The notes below the pieces were generated by a model that saw only the letters and a list, made by a program, of their open reading frames with translations, was not told the origin of the DNA and searched no databases. The position numbers were made by a program, and so were the translations under genes. Of a stretch of 64,000 bases of DNA, positions 39,711 through 53,212 are shown in pieces (position 1 is the stretch's first letter; each line of letters opens with the position of its first letter). This stretch comes from Eledone cirrhosa (Eukaryota), in contig OZ024748.1 in NCBI GenBank assembly GCA_964016885.1, positions 16,058,001 through 16,122,000 of the forward strand. Direction: 5' to 3'.

Positions 39711-41506
39711 AGAAACCACCAGTGTAACATGCACCATAACAAATAAAGGTTAAAGGTAATTTTTGTGAGTTATTTCATGTAAAAATAATTCATTTCATTC
39801 TTTGAATTCTTCACAAGAAATTCTCAAGAATTTCTCCTTCAGTTACTTTGTTTCTTTGATTCTTCATTGTTGTTGTTATTGTTGGTGTTATTGTTGTTAA
39901 CGTCAGACAGAATGTTTTGCAACTCTTATGATTTTTCAGTATTTGAAAACCTAACTATTTATGAAGGAACCACTAAAACAGAATCAAGCAGAAAATTAAA
40001 TTATTCAAAATTTCATATATATATATATATATTAACGGGATCTTCTGAAACTAACAAAGTCAATCTGCGAACGCAGAAGTGAATATTTCAAAAAACGTTG
40101 CAATCGGAGGAAGACAGGAAGACGATACTTTGGTTCGTGGAAACGTTCCCTGGCAAAGAACGGGAAAAAACGAATATAATACGTCACTATTTGGAGCGGT
40201 GAAAAACAATTACACGCAAAGACAAAACCACATTTATGGTATAAAAGAACTCGTAGACTAATATCCTATTAGGTGGTTCATAGAGACGTTCTCTGGCAAT
40301 GAATGGAAAAAATGAAGATAATATGTCATATGTGGAGTGGGGAGTACAATTGCACGCAAAGACAAAACCACGTAAATGGTATAACAGAAGTCGTAGACTA
40401 AAATTCTAACTAGGAAACCGAATGATTCTCGGCTTCAGAGTTAAGAATAAAGTAAATAAATTACAGAGGTAATTGAAATTAAATAAATACATACACGCAT
40501 CCATATATGTACATACACAAGCATACGCGAAAACACTCGCCATAGGTATACAAATACACGCACATACAAAAAAAAAAAAAACGCACGTGCATACAGAACC
40601 CACGCAACGCCTTACCCGCATGCATATGAATGTATACACCAAATACACATAAAAAAATATATATATGTGTGTGTGTGTGTGTGTGCGTGTATACATATAA
40701 TTAAATAAACGTATATAAATAAATAAATACATATATAACAAGCGCACACACATACCTACATGTAAATACACATATGTATGGAGACGTACGTCAACCAAAA
40801 CACAAAGTACACATATACACACACCCTACATACGTACGAACCCGCATACTCACCAAGACGCAAAACTCACATATACACATAACCAATATACACACACATA
40901 TATATATATTGTACTGTAATGCTCAGAAGTATTTTCTTAGAGCTTAATAATTGCATTTGACTACTAAATTGAAATAAATCTGCTCCTTCGTTAGAGCTGA
41001 ATTCATAATCCCATATTTACGGCTGTTATTTCTAGCGCCATGGATATGAGCCAGAATGCTGAGAAGGTCGTGTGCAAAAGCACATGTATTAGGCTTGCGA
41101 CAGATCAGTCTTAAGATTCTTATCTTAGGAGAAGTAACTATAATTTATCTGGGTGCCTATTGAAAATCACAGAAAATTGATTACTTCACTAATAATTATT
41201 TTATAAATAGTTGTTCCGTAATTAATTAATTATTTCATTAGTATACCATCCCTTGTGAAACAGGTTTATGTTTTGAAGTTCCGACCGATCTGCTGAAAAG
41301 GTTTGAATTTTGAAATTTAAACTTGTCTAGGCACCAGGCAGTTGCCATTTTACGTCTGTAAGTATAGATTTAATATTTAATATTTTCCAGATCGATACAG
41401 GCGGACTATATGTACTTGAATTAAGGTATTTCTATCTGGCTAAAATATTATTGTCATTTTGCAAAAAAACACATTAGTGTTGATCATATTTTTTTAAATT
41501 GTACTG

Positions 41507-41558
<52 letters not shown>

Positions 41559-41589
41559 TATAAGCATACATATATATAAATAAATACAT

Positions 41590-42243
41590 GCATACATATA
41601 ACTATAAATAGACGGTTGCGTTATCAATTGGTGCGTAGCCCTGAACGACAGTGATTTTCGCATGCCCACTTTGAAAACGGGAGGTTATGATGCGCTCACT
41701 GACTGGCTCCCATCCGATCAAGGCTCGAGTTGCTCGGGCGCTAAGCACAAGTCGAACGTCATGAACGTGCTTGTCTTGGTGTCCAGAGTAGAGCAGAGTT
41801 GTGTCTTCGCTGCCACTCACCATTCCGTTGCCGGTCCAGCGCATTTCACTCATGCCCAGAATGTCCAGCTGGTAGTGGTTGAACACGCGAAGTAGCTGAG
41901 CCAGCTTTCCTGCCTGGTATAGTGTACGCACGTTCTAAGTTCCTATTCGCATCTTTGTTTTGGTGCTCAAAATCCGGCTCATCGGAACCCCAAACTCCTT
42001 TCGGCTTCGGTCGAGGTCTGTCAAGAGTGGAGTGTTTCCCACGCCTTCATCTTTACGCCGTTCATTTTTGTTTTTTGGGGCTTTTCTTGCTGTTTCTTTA
42101 GTGGTTACAATATTTACAGCAGTGCCGGGCTGCTAACCCGACACCTGCTGCTTGTATTTGCCGATTATTTGCCCACTGAGATTAGTGGTTGGCACCCCTT
42201 CACCATGATGAGGTGTCCGGCGAGACCAGGGAACTCATCAGGG
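41590..42243 (-). pseudogene. 5' part of an RTE-clade LINE: 5' UTR and apurinic endonuclease N-terminus
   Basis: MRIGT*NVRTLYQAGKLAQL..DILGMSEMRW..WEPVSERII..VVQGYAP; the conserved W is a stop; truncated at (TA)n. Confidence 0.9.
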
Positions 42244-42386
42244 GATATATATATATGCATATATATATATATATAGTTATATGTATATATAGTTGTATGT
42301 ATGCATGTATTTATATATATATGAAATTTGGAATATATATATATATATATATATATGCATATATATATATATATATGAAATTTGGA

Positions 42387-42419
<33 letters not shown>

Positions 42420-42422
42420 TTG

Positions 42423-42505
<83 letters not shown>

Positions 42506-43357
42506 TATATATGCATGTATTTATATATATGAAATTTGGAATAATGCATACATATATACATACATACACACACATACATATGTATGTGTCTGTGAGTGTA
42601 TATGCATGTGTGTGTGTATAATATTATTATAATATTCTTTTAATTTCTAATATTTCAAAGAAATTATTTCGAATTAACTTTTGTATTTTCATTAAATATA
42701 TGAAATCTAAAAAAAATCAAAATAATAAAAATCTTCTTAAAGAATACATTTATTTCTCTTTTGAAGGATAATACAATATTGTGAGTAGCAAATATTGAAA
42801 TTGTATTGAATTATATAATTTTATGTTATTTCTTATTTTATTTATCTACATATCATCATTTTATTTGTTTTATGTATTTTTTATGTTATATTTTTTAATT
42901 CTTTTTTTAATTATTTTTTATTACATATTTATTATTATTTATTTTGTTTATATATTCATTTTAGCTTATATATTCATTTATTTTATTTTGTATTCTTATT
43001 TTATACATATTTTTATATTTTTTATTTAATTTTATTTTATATATATTTTTATATATATATTTTATTTATATTTATATATTTTTTACTTTATTTTTTATTT
43101 ATTTATTTTTTATATATATTTTTTATTTTATTTGTTTTTTCTTCTAGACATTTGTTTTTTCAAACCAAGGTTTGGTGTGGAGATAAGGAAGCATTAACTT
43201 CAAGTTTTATTGCTTTATTAATTAAACACTGAAGAAAAGTTTTCAATTAATTTTAGATTTATGACAAAAATCTTAAAAAGGAGAAATTTGAAAAAATATC
43301 CAAGTCACATTTGTTTGTGTTTGGTGGTGTTGTTCTTTTTGTTATTGCTGTCATCAT

Positions 43358-43400
<43 letters not shown>

Positions 43401-43611
43401 AATATATATATGTATACACACACACATGTGTATAGAGAGATTTATATATATATATACACACACAAATATATATATATATGTTTAGAAACACACATGTATA
43501 GAGAAATTTATATATAAATATATATATAAACATACATATATATATACTCTATATATATATAAATAAATGTATATATATATATATATATATATAAATATGC
43601 ACACACACACA

Positions 43612-43679
<68 letters not shown>

Positions 43680-43701
43680 CACACATATATGTATATATAT
43701 G

Positions 43702-43732
<31 letters not shown>

Positions 43733-43755
43733 GCACACACACACATATATGTATA

Positions 43756-43829
<74 letters not shown>

Positions 43830-44307
43830 GTGTGTATGTGTAAACACCCATACACATATTTGCTTTTGTATCTTTTGAAATTTTCAAAACCAAACCTAAA
43901 AAGCTAAACAACAACAATACATTAATTCTCTGTATTCTGTTTTTATGAAGTAGTGACTGTATCTAATTATCATTGCAACAATAATAATGTCAACAATGAC
44001 GCTAATAATGATGATAATAAATATAATATATCATCTTCATCGTTTAACATCTATTTTTCCATGCTTGGCCATGCCACATCTACCTTCGGTGTGGACTGCA
44101 ATTTTGGCTGGCTATTTTACAGTTGGATGACCTTCTTAAATGAACAATGTTTACAGTGTGGAATTGGATGGCTCTGTTATAATGAGGGACAGGCCAGGTG
44201 TCTGAGCTGAACCTGTCTCACACTGGAACCATAGTTTTGGAGCCTGGTGCTGGATGGTACCAATACGAGGAGCTTAAGCCATCATAATAATAAAAATAAT
44301 AATGATA

Positions 44308-45390
44308 ATTGTTTCTACTTTTGGCACAAGGCCAGCAATTATCCCAGTGTATTACTGGTACTTTATTTTAAAGACCCCGTAAGAATGAAAGGCAAAGTTT
44401 AGCTTGACGGGATTTGAACTCAGACCAGAAAGGGGCATAACTCTATGCTGCAAAGTATGGCGTCTGACCCTCTACCGGTACTGCCAATCCACCACCCTTG
44501 ATAAATATAATAATGATGGTAATTATAATAATTGTTTCTACTTTAGGCACAAGGCCAGCAATTATCCCAGTGTATTACTGGTACTTTATTTTATCGACCC
44601 CGTAAGGATGAAAGGCAAAGTCAACCTCGGCGGGATTTGAACTCACATCGTAAAGGGACGTAACTATGCTGCAAAGTATGGCGTCCGACCCTCTACCGAT
44701 ACTGCCAAGCCAATAAATATAATAATGATAATTGTTTCTACTTTTGGCACAAGGCCAGCAATTATATCAGTGTATTACTGGTACTTTATTTTATCAACTC
44801 CGTAAGGATGAAAGGCAAAGTTAACCTTTGTGGGATTTGAACTCAGACCATAAAGGGCCGTAACTCTTTGTGGTCTGAGTTCAAATCCCGTCAAGGTTAA
44901 CTTTGCCTTTCATCCTTATGGGATTGATATAATAAAGTACCAGTAATACACTGCAATGATAATAATAATATATATGTTGATAAATATAATAATTGTTTCT
45001 ACTTTTGGCACAAGGCCAGCAATTATCCCAGTGCATTACTGGTACTTTATTTTAAAGACCCCATAAGAATGAAAGGCAAAGTTTAGCTTGGCGGGATTTG
45101 AACTCAGACCAGAAAGGGGCATAACTCTATGCTGCAAAGTATGGCGTCTGACCCTCTTCCGGTACTGCCAATCCACCGCCCTTGATAAATATAATAATGA
45201 TGGTAATTATAATAATTGTTTCTACTTTAGGCACAAGGCCAGCAATTACCCAGTGCGTTACTGGTACTTTATTTTATCGACCCCGTAAGGATGAAAGGCA
45301 AAGTCAACCTCGGCGGGATTTGAACTCAGATCGTAAAGGGACGTAACTATGCTGGAAAGCATGGCGTCCGACCCTCTACCGATACCATCG
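44308..45390. mobile_element. Family A SINE cluster with a 684 bp-offset duplication and a fold-back copy
   Basis: Shared diagnostic variants at 44404 and 45088; inverted junction near 44860. Confidence 0.85.
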
Positions 45391-45607
45391 GCGGCAGATT
45401 GGCAGTAATTATAATAATGGTTTCTGATTTAGGTGCAAGGTGAAAAAGTACAGGTAATAGGAAAGTCGATTAAATGGACGTTTTACTGGTGCTTTACTGT
45501 GTCAATCCCATATGGCAAAGATAAACTCAATATTATTTGAACTCAGAATGTAAACCATGGTGTCTGACACTCTACCAATCTTGTCAATGATAAATATAAT
45601 AATGGAA

Positions 45608-46520
45608 TCAAGAGGACTTGAGAGTGAACATAGTTAAGACAAAAGTGTTGATAAGTAGAAGAGTGGAAAATACTCTGATTCCATCAGGGAAATGGTCATG
45701 TTCGATATGTAGGAAAGGAACTGGCATAAATTCCATAAAATGTACGCAATGCAGATCTTGGGTAGACAAGAGATGTAATGGGATAGCGGGCAAACTAAGA
45801 GGTAGGGAAAACTATGTATGCAGTAGATGTACAGGGAAAGTTGGCAGTAATAATCGCAGTGATAGACACATTTTTCCAATGCAGGTGGGTTCTATAGAAG
45901 TGGCTGATAGCTTCCGGTACATAGGTGATCAGATTAGCATGGAACGGGGGTGTTCCGAGGCCATAGTATCTAGAATAAGGATGGGTTGGAAGAAGTTTAG
46001 GGAGTTGCTTCCTCTGTTGACAAAGAAGGGTTTCTCCCTGCATACGAAAGGACGGTTATATGATGCCTGTGTGAGATGCGCGATGCTGCATGGTAAGTGA
46101 GACATGGGCAGCAACTGCAGAGGATATGCAATGGCTGGAGAGAAATGAAGCAAGCATGCTCTGTTGGATGTGCAATGTCAATGTGCGCGAATGACAAGAC
46201 ATAGACGAGTTGAGAAAGTAACTGGGTATAAGAGAGATAAGTTGTAGTTTGCAGGAGAGAAGACTGAGATGGTATGGACATGTGATGCGCAGGGAGGATG
46301 ACCAGTGGGTAAAGAAGTGCCAAGAAATCCCAGTAGAAGGAAGACGCAGTAGAGGTAGACCATGAAAAACATGGGCGGAGGTGGTGAGAGCAGACCTCAG
46401 ATCGCTGAAACTCATGGAGGAGATGACGAAGGACCGTGACAAGTGGAGAGATGCTGAATAGGACCCATCCAACCCTTGCAAGCAGGGAAAAGCAGATGTA
46501 TGATGATGATGATGATGATA
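45608..46520 (+). pseudogene. RTE-clade LINE 3' portion: RT C-terminal region with a Cys-rich PHD-like insert
   Basis: [49 protein letters not shown]; frameshift and stops after 46100; (GAT)n tail. Confidence 0.9.
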
Positions 46521-46544
46521 ATAATGCTGATGATAATAACAATG

Positions 46545-47137
46545 ATTTCTGATTTAAGCACAAGGCCAACAATTTAAGGGGTGGGGAAAGTCTATTAAAT
46601 CGACGCCAGTACATTACTGGTACTTTATTTGATCAACCCTGTAAAGATGAAAGGCAAAGTTAACCTCGTTGGGATTTGTACCCAGAACGTAAAGGGCCAT
46701 AATTCTATGCTACAAAGCATATCATCCAACATTCTACTGTATTGTCAATCAACCACGCTAACAATGCAAATAATAATAATAATAAAAATTATAATTTTAA
46801 TATATATAATGTTTATAATAATTGTTTCTACTTTAGGCACAAGGCCATCAATTACCCAGTGCATTACTGGTACTTTATTTTATCGACCCCGTAAGGATGA
46901 AAGGCAAAGTCAACCTCGGCGGGATTTGAACTCAGATCATAAAGGGACGTAACTATGCTGGAAAGCATGGCGTCCGACCCTCCACCGATACTGCCAATCC
47001 ACCGCCTTTATAATGTTTATAATAATGATAATTGCATGAGTAATATTAAGACACTTTTCATTCAATATTTGAAATATAATTGTTTCTACTTTAGGCACAA
47101 GGCCAGCAATTACCCAGTGCATTACTGGTACTTTATT
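46545..47137 (-). mobile_element. Three family A SINE copies or fragments
   Basis: Consensus match at 46545-46760, 46820-47005 and 47078-47137. Confidence 0.8.
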
Positions 47138-47404
47138 CAATATTCGAAATAAAATAAAATGAAGTATTAAGCAAAAATGTTCATATATGTATGGATCTGT
47201 GATATGATATAGAGTGTCTCCCCTGCATTATAACTATGTTGGAACCTATCATCTCTGAAGGTCTGAATACAGCTGATTTCTCTCTGAGAGAGAGAGAGGG
47301 GGTGAGAGAGAGAGAGAGAGAGGGTGAGTGAGAGAGAGAGAGAGAAGGTGAGAGAGAGAGAGAGGGTGAGAGAGAGAGAGGGAAAGTAAGATAGAGATCT
47401 AGAA

Positions 47405-48218
47405 CAGACATGTCAAACTGAGGGTCTCCCGCGGGCCACATGGGTCACATATGTGTTGTCTGAGGGCCACATGAGTCACATAAGTGTTGTCTGAGGGCCA
47501 CATGGGTCACATATGTGTTGTCTGAGGGCCACATGAGTCGCATATGTGTTGTCTGAGGGCCACATGGGTCACATAAGTGTTGTCTGAGGGCCACATGGGT
47601 CACATAAGTGTTGTCTGAGGGCCACATGGGTCACATATGTGTTGTCTGAGGGCCACATGGGTCACATAAGTGTTGTCTGAGGGCCACATAGGTCACATAA
47701 GTGTTGTCTGAGGGCCACATGGATCACATAAGTGTTGTCTGAGGGCCACATGGGTCACATAAGTGTTGTCTGAGGGCCACATGGATCACATAAGTGTTGT
47801 CTGAGGGCCACATGGGTCACATATGTGTTGTCTGAGGGCCACATGGGTCACATATGTGTTGTCTGAGGGCCACATGGGTCACATATGTGTTGTCTGAGGG
47901 CCACATATGTGTTGTCTGAGGGCCACATGAGTCACATAAGTGTTGTCTGAGGGCCACATGGGTCACATATGTCTTGTCTGAGGGCCACATGGGTCACATA
48001 TGTGTTGTCTGAGGGCCACATGAGTCACATATGTGTTGTCTAAGGGCCACATGGGTCACATATGTGTTGTCTGAGGGCCCACACACACAATAACTAATGG
48101 TGCACATTACAACTATTTTTTATTATTTTATATTACGAAGATAAAAAATGCTCGTGCTAAAAAACCTTTCTGCGGGCCGCTGGTGTGATTGTAAAGGGCC
48201 GCATCTTTGACATGCCTG
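47405..48218. mobile_element. hAT (Charlie/Buster-type) MITE
   Basis: Terminal inverted repeats cagacatgtcaaa / tttgacatgcctg; 8 bp target duplication atctagaa / atctagag fitting NTCTAGAN. Confidence 0.88.
47432..48080. repeat. 31 bp minisatellite, about 21 copies, inside the hAT MITE
   Basis: Unit tgagggccacatgggtcacatawgtgttgtc. Confidence 0.97.
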
Positions 48219-48917
48219 ATCTAGAGGAAGAATCAACCCCAGTACAGAACTGGTATGTTACTATCAACCTTACCTTGAAATGATGAATGGCAAAGTTGAC
48301 CTCAGAGAACAGGAGAACCAGAATGAATACCTCAAAATATTCTACCTGATGCTCTAATGTATCTGTCTATTAGATTCACTTTAACTATTGTTGTTGTTGG
48401 TGTTGTTGTCTTTTAATTCCTAGGCCAGCTCTGATTGAAAGGTCAGGATTGAGTGATAGGTCAATCTTTGATTGATAGGTCAGTTCTTTATTGACAGTTC
48501 AGTCCTGGCTGATAAGTCAGCATAGATAACAAAGGAATTAAAGTTTGTGATTATCTAGAAATCTTTCATCACAATTATATGTAAGAGCCTTTGTTAAGCT
48601 GTGTTCCAAATACCAGCTTAATAATACAAAAGTTTTATATCTATATCCTTTCAACTTCTTGACTATTTTCAGAATCATTTGAAAATCATAGGCAGTGTTT
48701 TTCATTAGAAATATGGTAACAAATTAATTAATCCTTTATCTCAATCAACACCACCCTGTGGCATACTAGCAGGGTCAGCATTGTTTCAAGTGAAAGACAT
48801 GCTAAACAGGTCCTGTATTGGTAGTCACATGGAAAGAGGTGAAGAGGATGTCCCAAGATGAACTGGTCGCTGACAATTGATAGAGAGCTGAAACCCAACA
48901 ACAACAGCTGGAATGAT

Positions 48918-49152
48918 GTATTGATAGAGGCAACTGACTTTGGTCATTGGAGCAATTTGGCTGCCTCATGTGTCTCAAGATGTTGGATGTATACATAGAT
49001 GCAACTGACCATGGTCATTGGAGCACTTTGGCTGCCTCATGTGTCTCAAGAGATGGAATGTATTGATAGATACAACTGACCATGGTCATTGGATCAATTT
49101 GGCTGCCTAATCTATCCCAAGGTGCAGAATGTATTGATAGATGCAACTGGCT
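48918..49152. repeat. 71 bp tandem repeat, about 3.3 copies
   Basis: Unit starts at 48918, 48989, 49060 and 49131. Confidence 0.9.
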
Positions 49153-50199
49153 AAGTAAGTCTTAATTTAGTTGTAAGTATTTGGACCAGGATTTGGGTTT
49201 GAGAATAACTCCCCTAAAGCCTCTGTCCATTCCATCAGTGCCAAACATGCTGAAAAGGGCCATGGACTGTTCCTCTGCTTACTTGATTGAACAGTAACAC
49301 AAATAAACAAGAAGTATCAACAACAGACACAATACAGGAACAACATGCAACAATCACTAAAACAACAACAACTATGCCAGCAACAACAAGATGCAACAAA
49401 CACTAAAACAACAACTATGCCAGCAACAACAACAACAAGATACAACAAACACTAAAACAACAACTACGCCAGCAACAACAAGTATGACAACAACAAACAA
49501 CAAACCGAAAGCAACAACAAACTCATTAACAACAAACATGATTAACCAACATCAAAAAAAAAAAAAAGCACCTAACAACAACAAAAAGTAGCATCAGCAA
49601 CAACAACAATCACAAGAACAACAGAATCAACAGCAGCAGCAACAGCAGTCAATAAATAAACAAATAAATAAAATAAATAAAATAAATAAAATAATTAAAA
49701 ATCAAAAGTAAATAATAAATAGATTAAAAAAAAAAAAAACATCAATAAGTGAAACATAATTAATCTTTAATTCACTGAAATGAATTTGATTAATTTTTCC
49801 TAGAAAAAAAAAATCTTCAAAATTTAAGAAAATATAAAAACAAACAAACACAACATCATCTTTCCAGCGTCTTACATAACGATTTTGTATTTGCACACAA
49901 AAGAAAAAAGAGAAAATGCGGGCAGTGTGTTGCAAATCTATGATTTCTGTCTGTGCTCTCTTAGAATAGCACAGTGGTAGTTTTTTTTCTTTGTATTTTA
50001 TTCAATAATTTTTCATTTTTTTCTCTCTCAAAAGAAAACACAGGATGAATATAAGAAATATATAAATGTGGAAAAAAAAATATAAAAAAAACCCAAACAA
50101 AACAAAACAAAACAAATGTAGTAAAATTTCAAAATAATATAAATAATAATTGAATAGAATATAAAGACAGACATACTTAGCAGCAAAGAAGGAGAGCAT

Positions 50200-50772
<573 letters not shown>

Positions 50773-51879
50773 TAACTTTGAATAACTTTGAAATGTTTTG
50801 GCCAGTATTGGCCCAGGCCATGTCTAACTTAATAGCACCACCTGGCGAAGTCTTTCAATTCAGGATTTGGGCACCATGGCCCATTCGAGAAGAGAATTAC
50901 TGTTTGCGGAGACATATCCGGGTGTGGGTGGTTTGTCCGGGATTACTTGGAGGAATTTGTCCAAAGACTTCTTGAATTTTGTGTGGTCAGTTTCTGTTTT
51001 GACGTGTCCTGGTGTGATGTTGAAGAGAGCAGGGCCGATTGAGGTGAAATAATTGTGCCGTATTGTTGTTATGAGTTGCGATTTAGATTTTTGAATGGGA
51101 CGGATAGCACGGGGCCCAAGCCTTGGGTGTATCTTGAAGGCGATGCCAACATCATTTGGGCAGTGATGATGGAACATTTTCCACATCATGCAGATAATAT
51201 AACGCTCACGGCGACGTTGGAGTGAGTAAAGTTTCAGGTTTTCCAATCGACCCCAGTAGTCAAGGTCTGACATGCCATCTATCTTTTTCGTGATTGCCCT
51301 TTGAGGAGCTTCAAGTTTCATGATACTTTGTTTCGTGTGGGGAGACCACAGTGGACAACAGTATTCAAGGTGTGGTCGGGCGAAAGTAGAGAAGAGAAGG
51401 ATAATGGTGCGGGAATCTCTCGACTGGAAGGTTCTGAGGATCCAGGAACACATTCTGCGGGCCATGTCAACTTTGCTGCTTATATGCGTGGTCCAGCTTA
51501 TGTTGCTGTTCACGGTTACTCCCAAGTCTCTGATGTTGTTAGATGCCACGAGAGTTTCCCCGGAGGGAAGGGAGTACGGGAGTTTCAGAGCATCCTCTTT
51601 TCCAAAGTGGATCAGTTCGAATTTGTCTTCGTTCAGTAACATGTTGTTCTTTTCTGCCCATTGGGTAACAGCCAGTAGGTCTGACTGAAGGCTTATCCGG
51701 TCATCCACGCCATTGATGACCTTTTGGAGCTTGGAATCATCAGCGAAAATTTTAATGTTGCTGTGTTTGATGATGTCAGTGATGTCATTAATATAGATGA
51801 TGAAGAGAAGTGGGCCCAACACAGTGCCTTGTGGGACTCCACTACTGACTTTGGCTGGGCTTGATTTGACTCCCTCAAA
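50773..51879 (-). mobile_element. 5'-truncated CR1-group LINE with an uninterrupted RT C-terminal ORF
   Basis: [50 protein letters not shown]; stop at 50860; 3' end (ttcaaagtta)x2. Confidence 0.93.
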
Positions 51880-51941
51880 TGTATGTATGTATATATATAT
51901 GTATGTATGTATATATATATGTATGTATGTATATATATATG

Positions 51942-51990
<49 letters not shown>

Positions 51991-52003
51991 GTATGTATGT
52001 ATG

Positions 52004-52123
<120 letters not shown>

Positions 52124-52427
52124 AAAAACTAAATCCAAACAAATAAACAAATGAAAAACATTTATTGAATAACATAATTTTTCATCATGCAGATTTACGT
52201 AGACACAATATTTAAAAAACATTGTGTGCATGTGTATGTATGTATGTGTTTTTGTGTGCATGTACATATGTATGTATAAATATGCATGTGTGCATGTATA
52301 AATCAGTATAGAATCTGTTTAAAATTAATTAGACTCAACAGAGTACTCAATATATTTGGAATTAGCTGTTGAAATGGCAAGAGGTCAGCCATCGGGTCCC
52401 AACTTTTTATAATTTATATATATGTAT

Positions 52428-52746
52428 ATTCCCATGGGTACAAGCTGAAGGTGAAGTATATAGACAATATGCCCCCATCCCCTCCCACTGCAAAGTGGTC
52501 GTGGAGGTGTCACAACAAAAAAGCACCCAGTCCACACTGTAAAGTGGTTGTGTAGTTGCCACGGGAAAAAAGCACCCAGCACTCACTGTAAATGAGATTG
52601 GTGTTAGGAAGGGCATCCAGCTGTGGAAATCAAGCCAAAATCAGTTCCCGTATGATCAAGACATGGTCTCCCGACCTGGCATTGCCCACAACAGGAAAAC
52701 CCGTCTAACCTATGCTAGCATGGTGGTGATGATGATGATGATGATG
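52428..52746 (+). mobile_element. RTE LINE 3' UTR
   Basis: Homologous to 11633-11965; (GAT)n tail. Confidence 0.8.
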
Positions 52747-52942
52747 GGCATTTTGCCAATTTACCAATAAGAAACACATGCACTATTTGACTTTCACTTT
52801 GGCTTTATATTTATAGTTATTGGTTATTTTCTCAATTTGGGATCTCAAATGTGTTATTTCTGATTCTGAAATATTCAGTTTTATTTGGTGGCTTCTTTCT
52901 TTCTTCTTCGTCCACTTATTCCTGAGAGGCTCGGGGGGGGGG

Positions 52943-53205
52943 GGGGGGGGGGAAAGAGCCCTCAAACACGTCTTCCAGTGGGTCCTGTCAGAAGCAACCA
53001 ACTCCAATTGATCCAGCTGGATCACCTAGGAAGACCAGTCAAAATAATGAATGTTTTTCAACCATCTTACTCGGGGTCTACCCCTGGGTGTCTTACCAGT
53101 TGGTTTTTGCTTGTAAAATCTGATCATGCCTGTGTCTGTCAATTTGGTATCTCATATGTAGAATTTTTGTAAATGTTTCTTAACAGAAAAAGCGCTGATG
53201 TGGAT
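52943..53205 (-). pseudogene. Degenerate RTE-like LINE C-terminal fragment
   Basis: With frameshifts reads PTGKTPRGRPRVRWL..LELVASDRTHWKTCL. Confidence 0.65.
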
Positions 53206-53212
53206 GTGTTCT

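Noticed and set aside
41037-41114. Kozak-like gccATGG with a 24 codon ORF
   Set aside because: Too short, with no recognisable homology or reliable splice donor.
42200-42243. CUGAUGA on the minus strand upstream of the RTE endonuclease
   Set aside because: No downstream GAAA or stem III; better explained as RTE 5' UTR. I also could not fold a convincing HDV-like ribozyme.
47432-48080. 31 bp repeats as a CRISPR array
   Set aside because: Contiguous units with no unique spacers, eukaryotic context, and located inside a hAT MITE.
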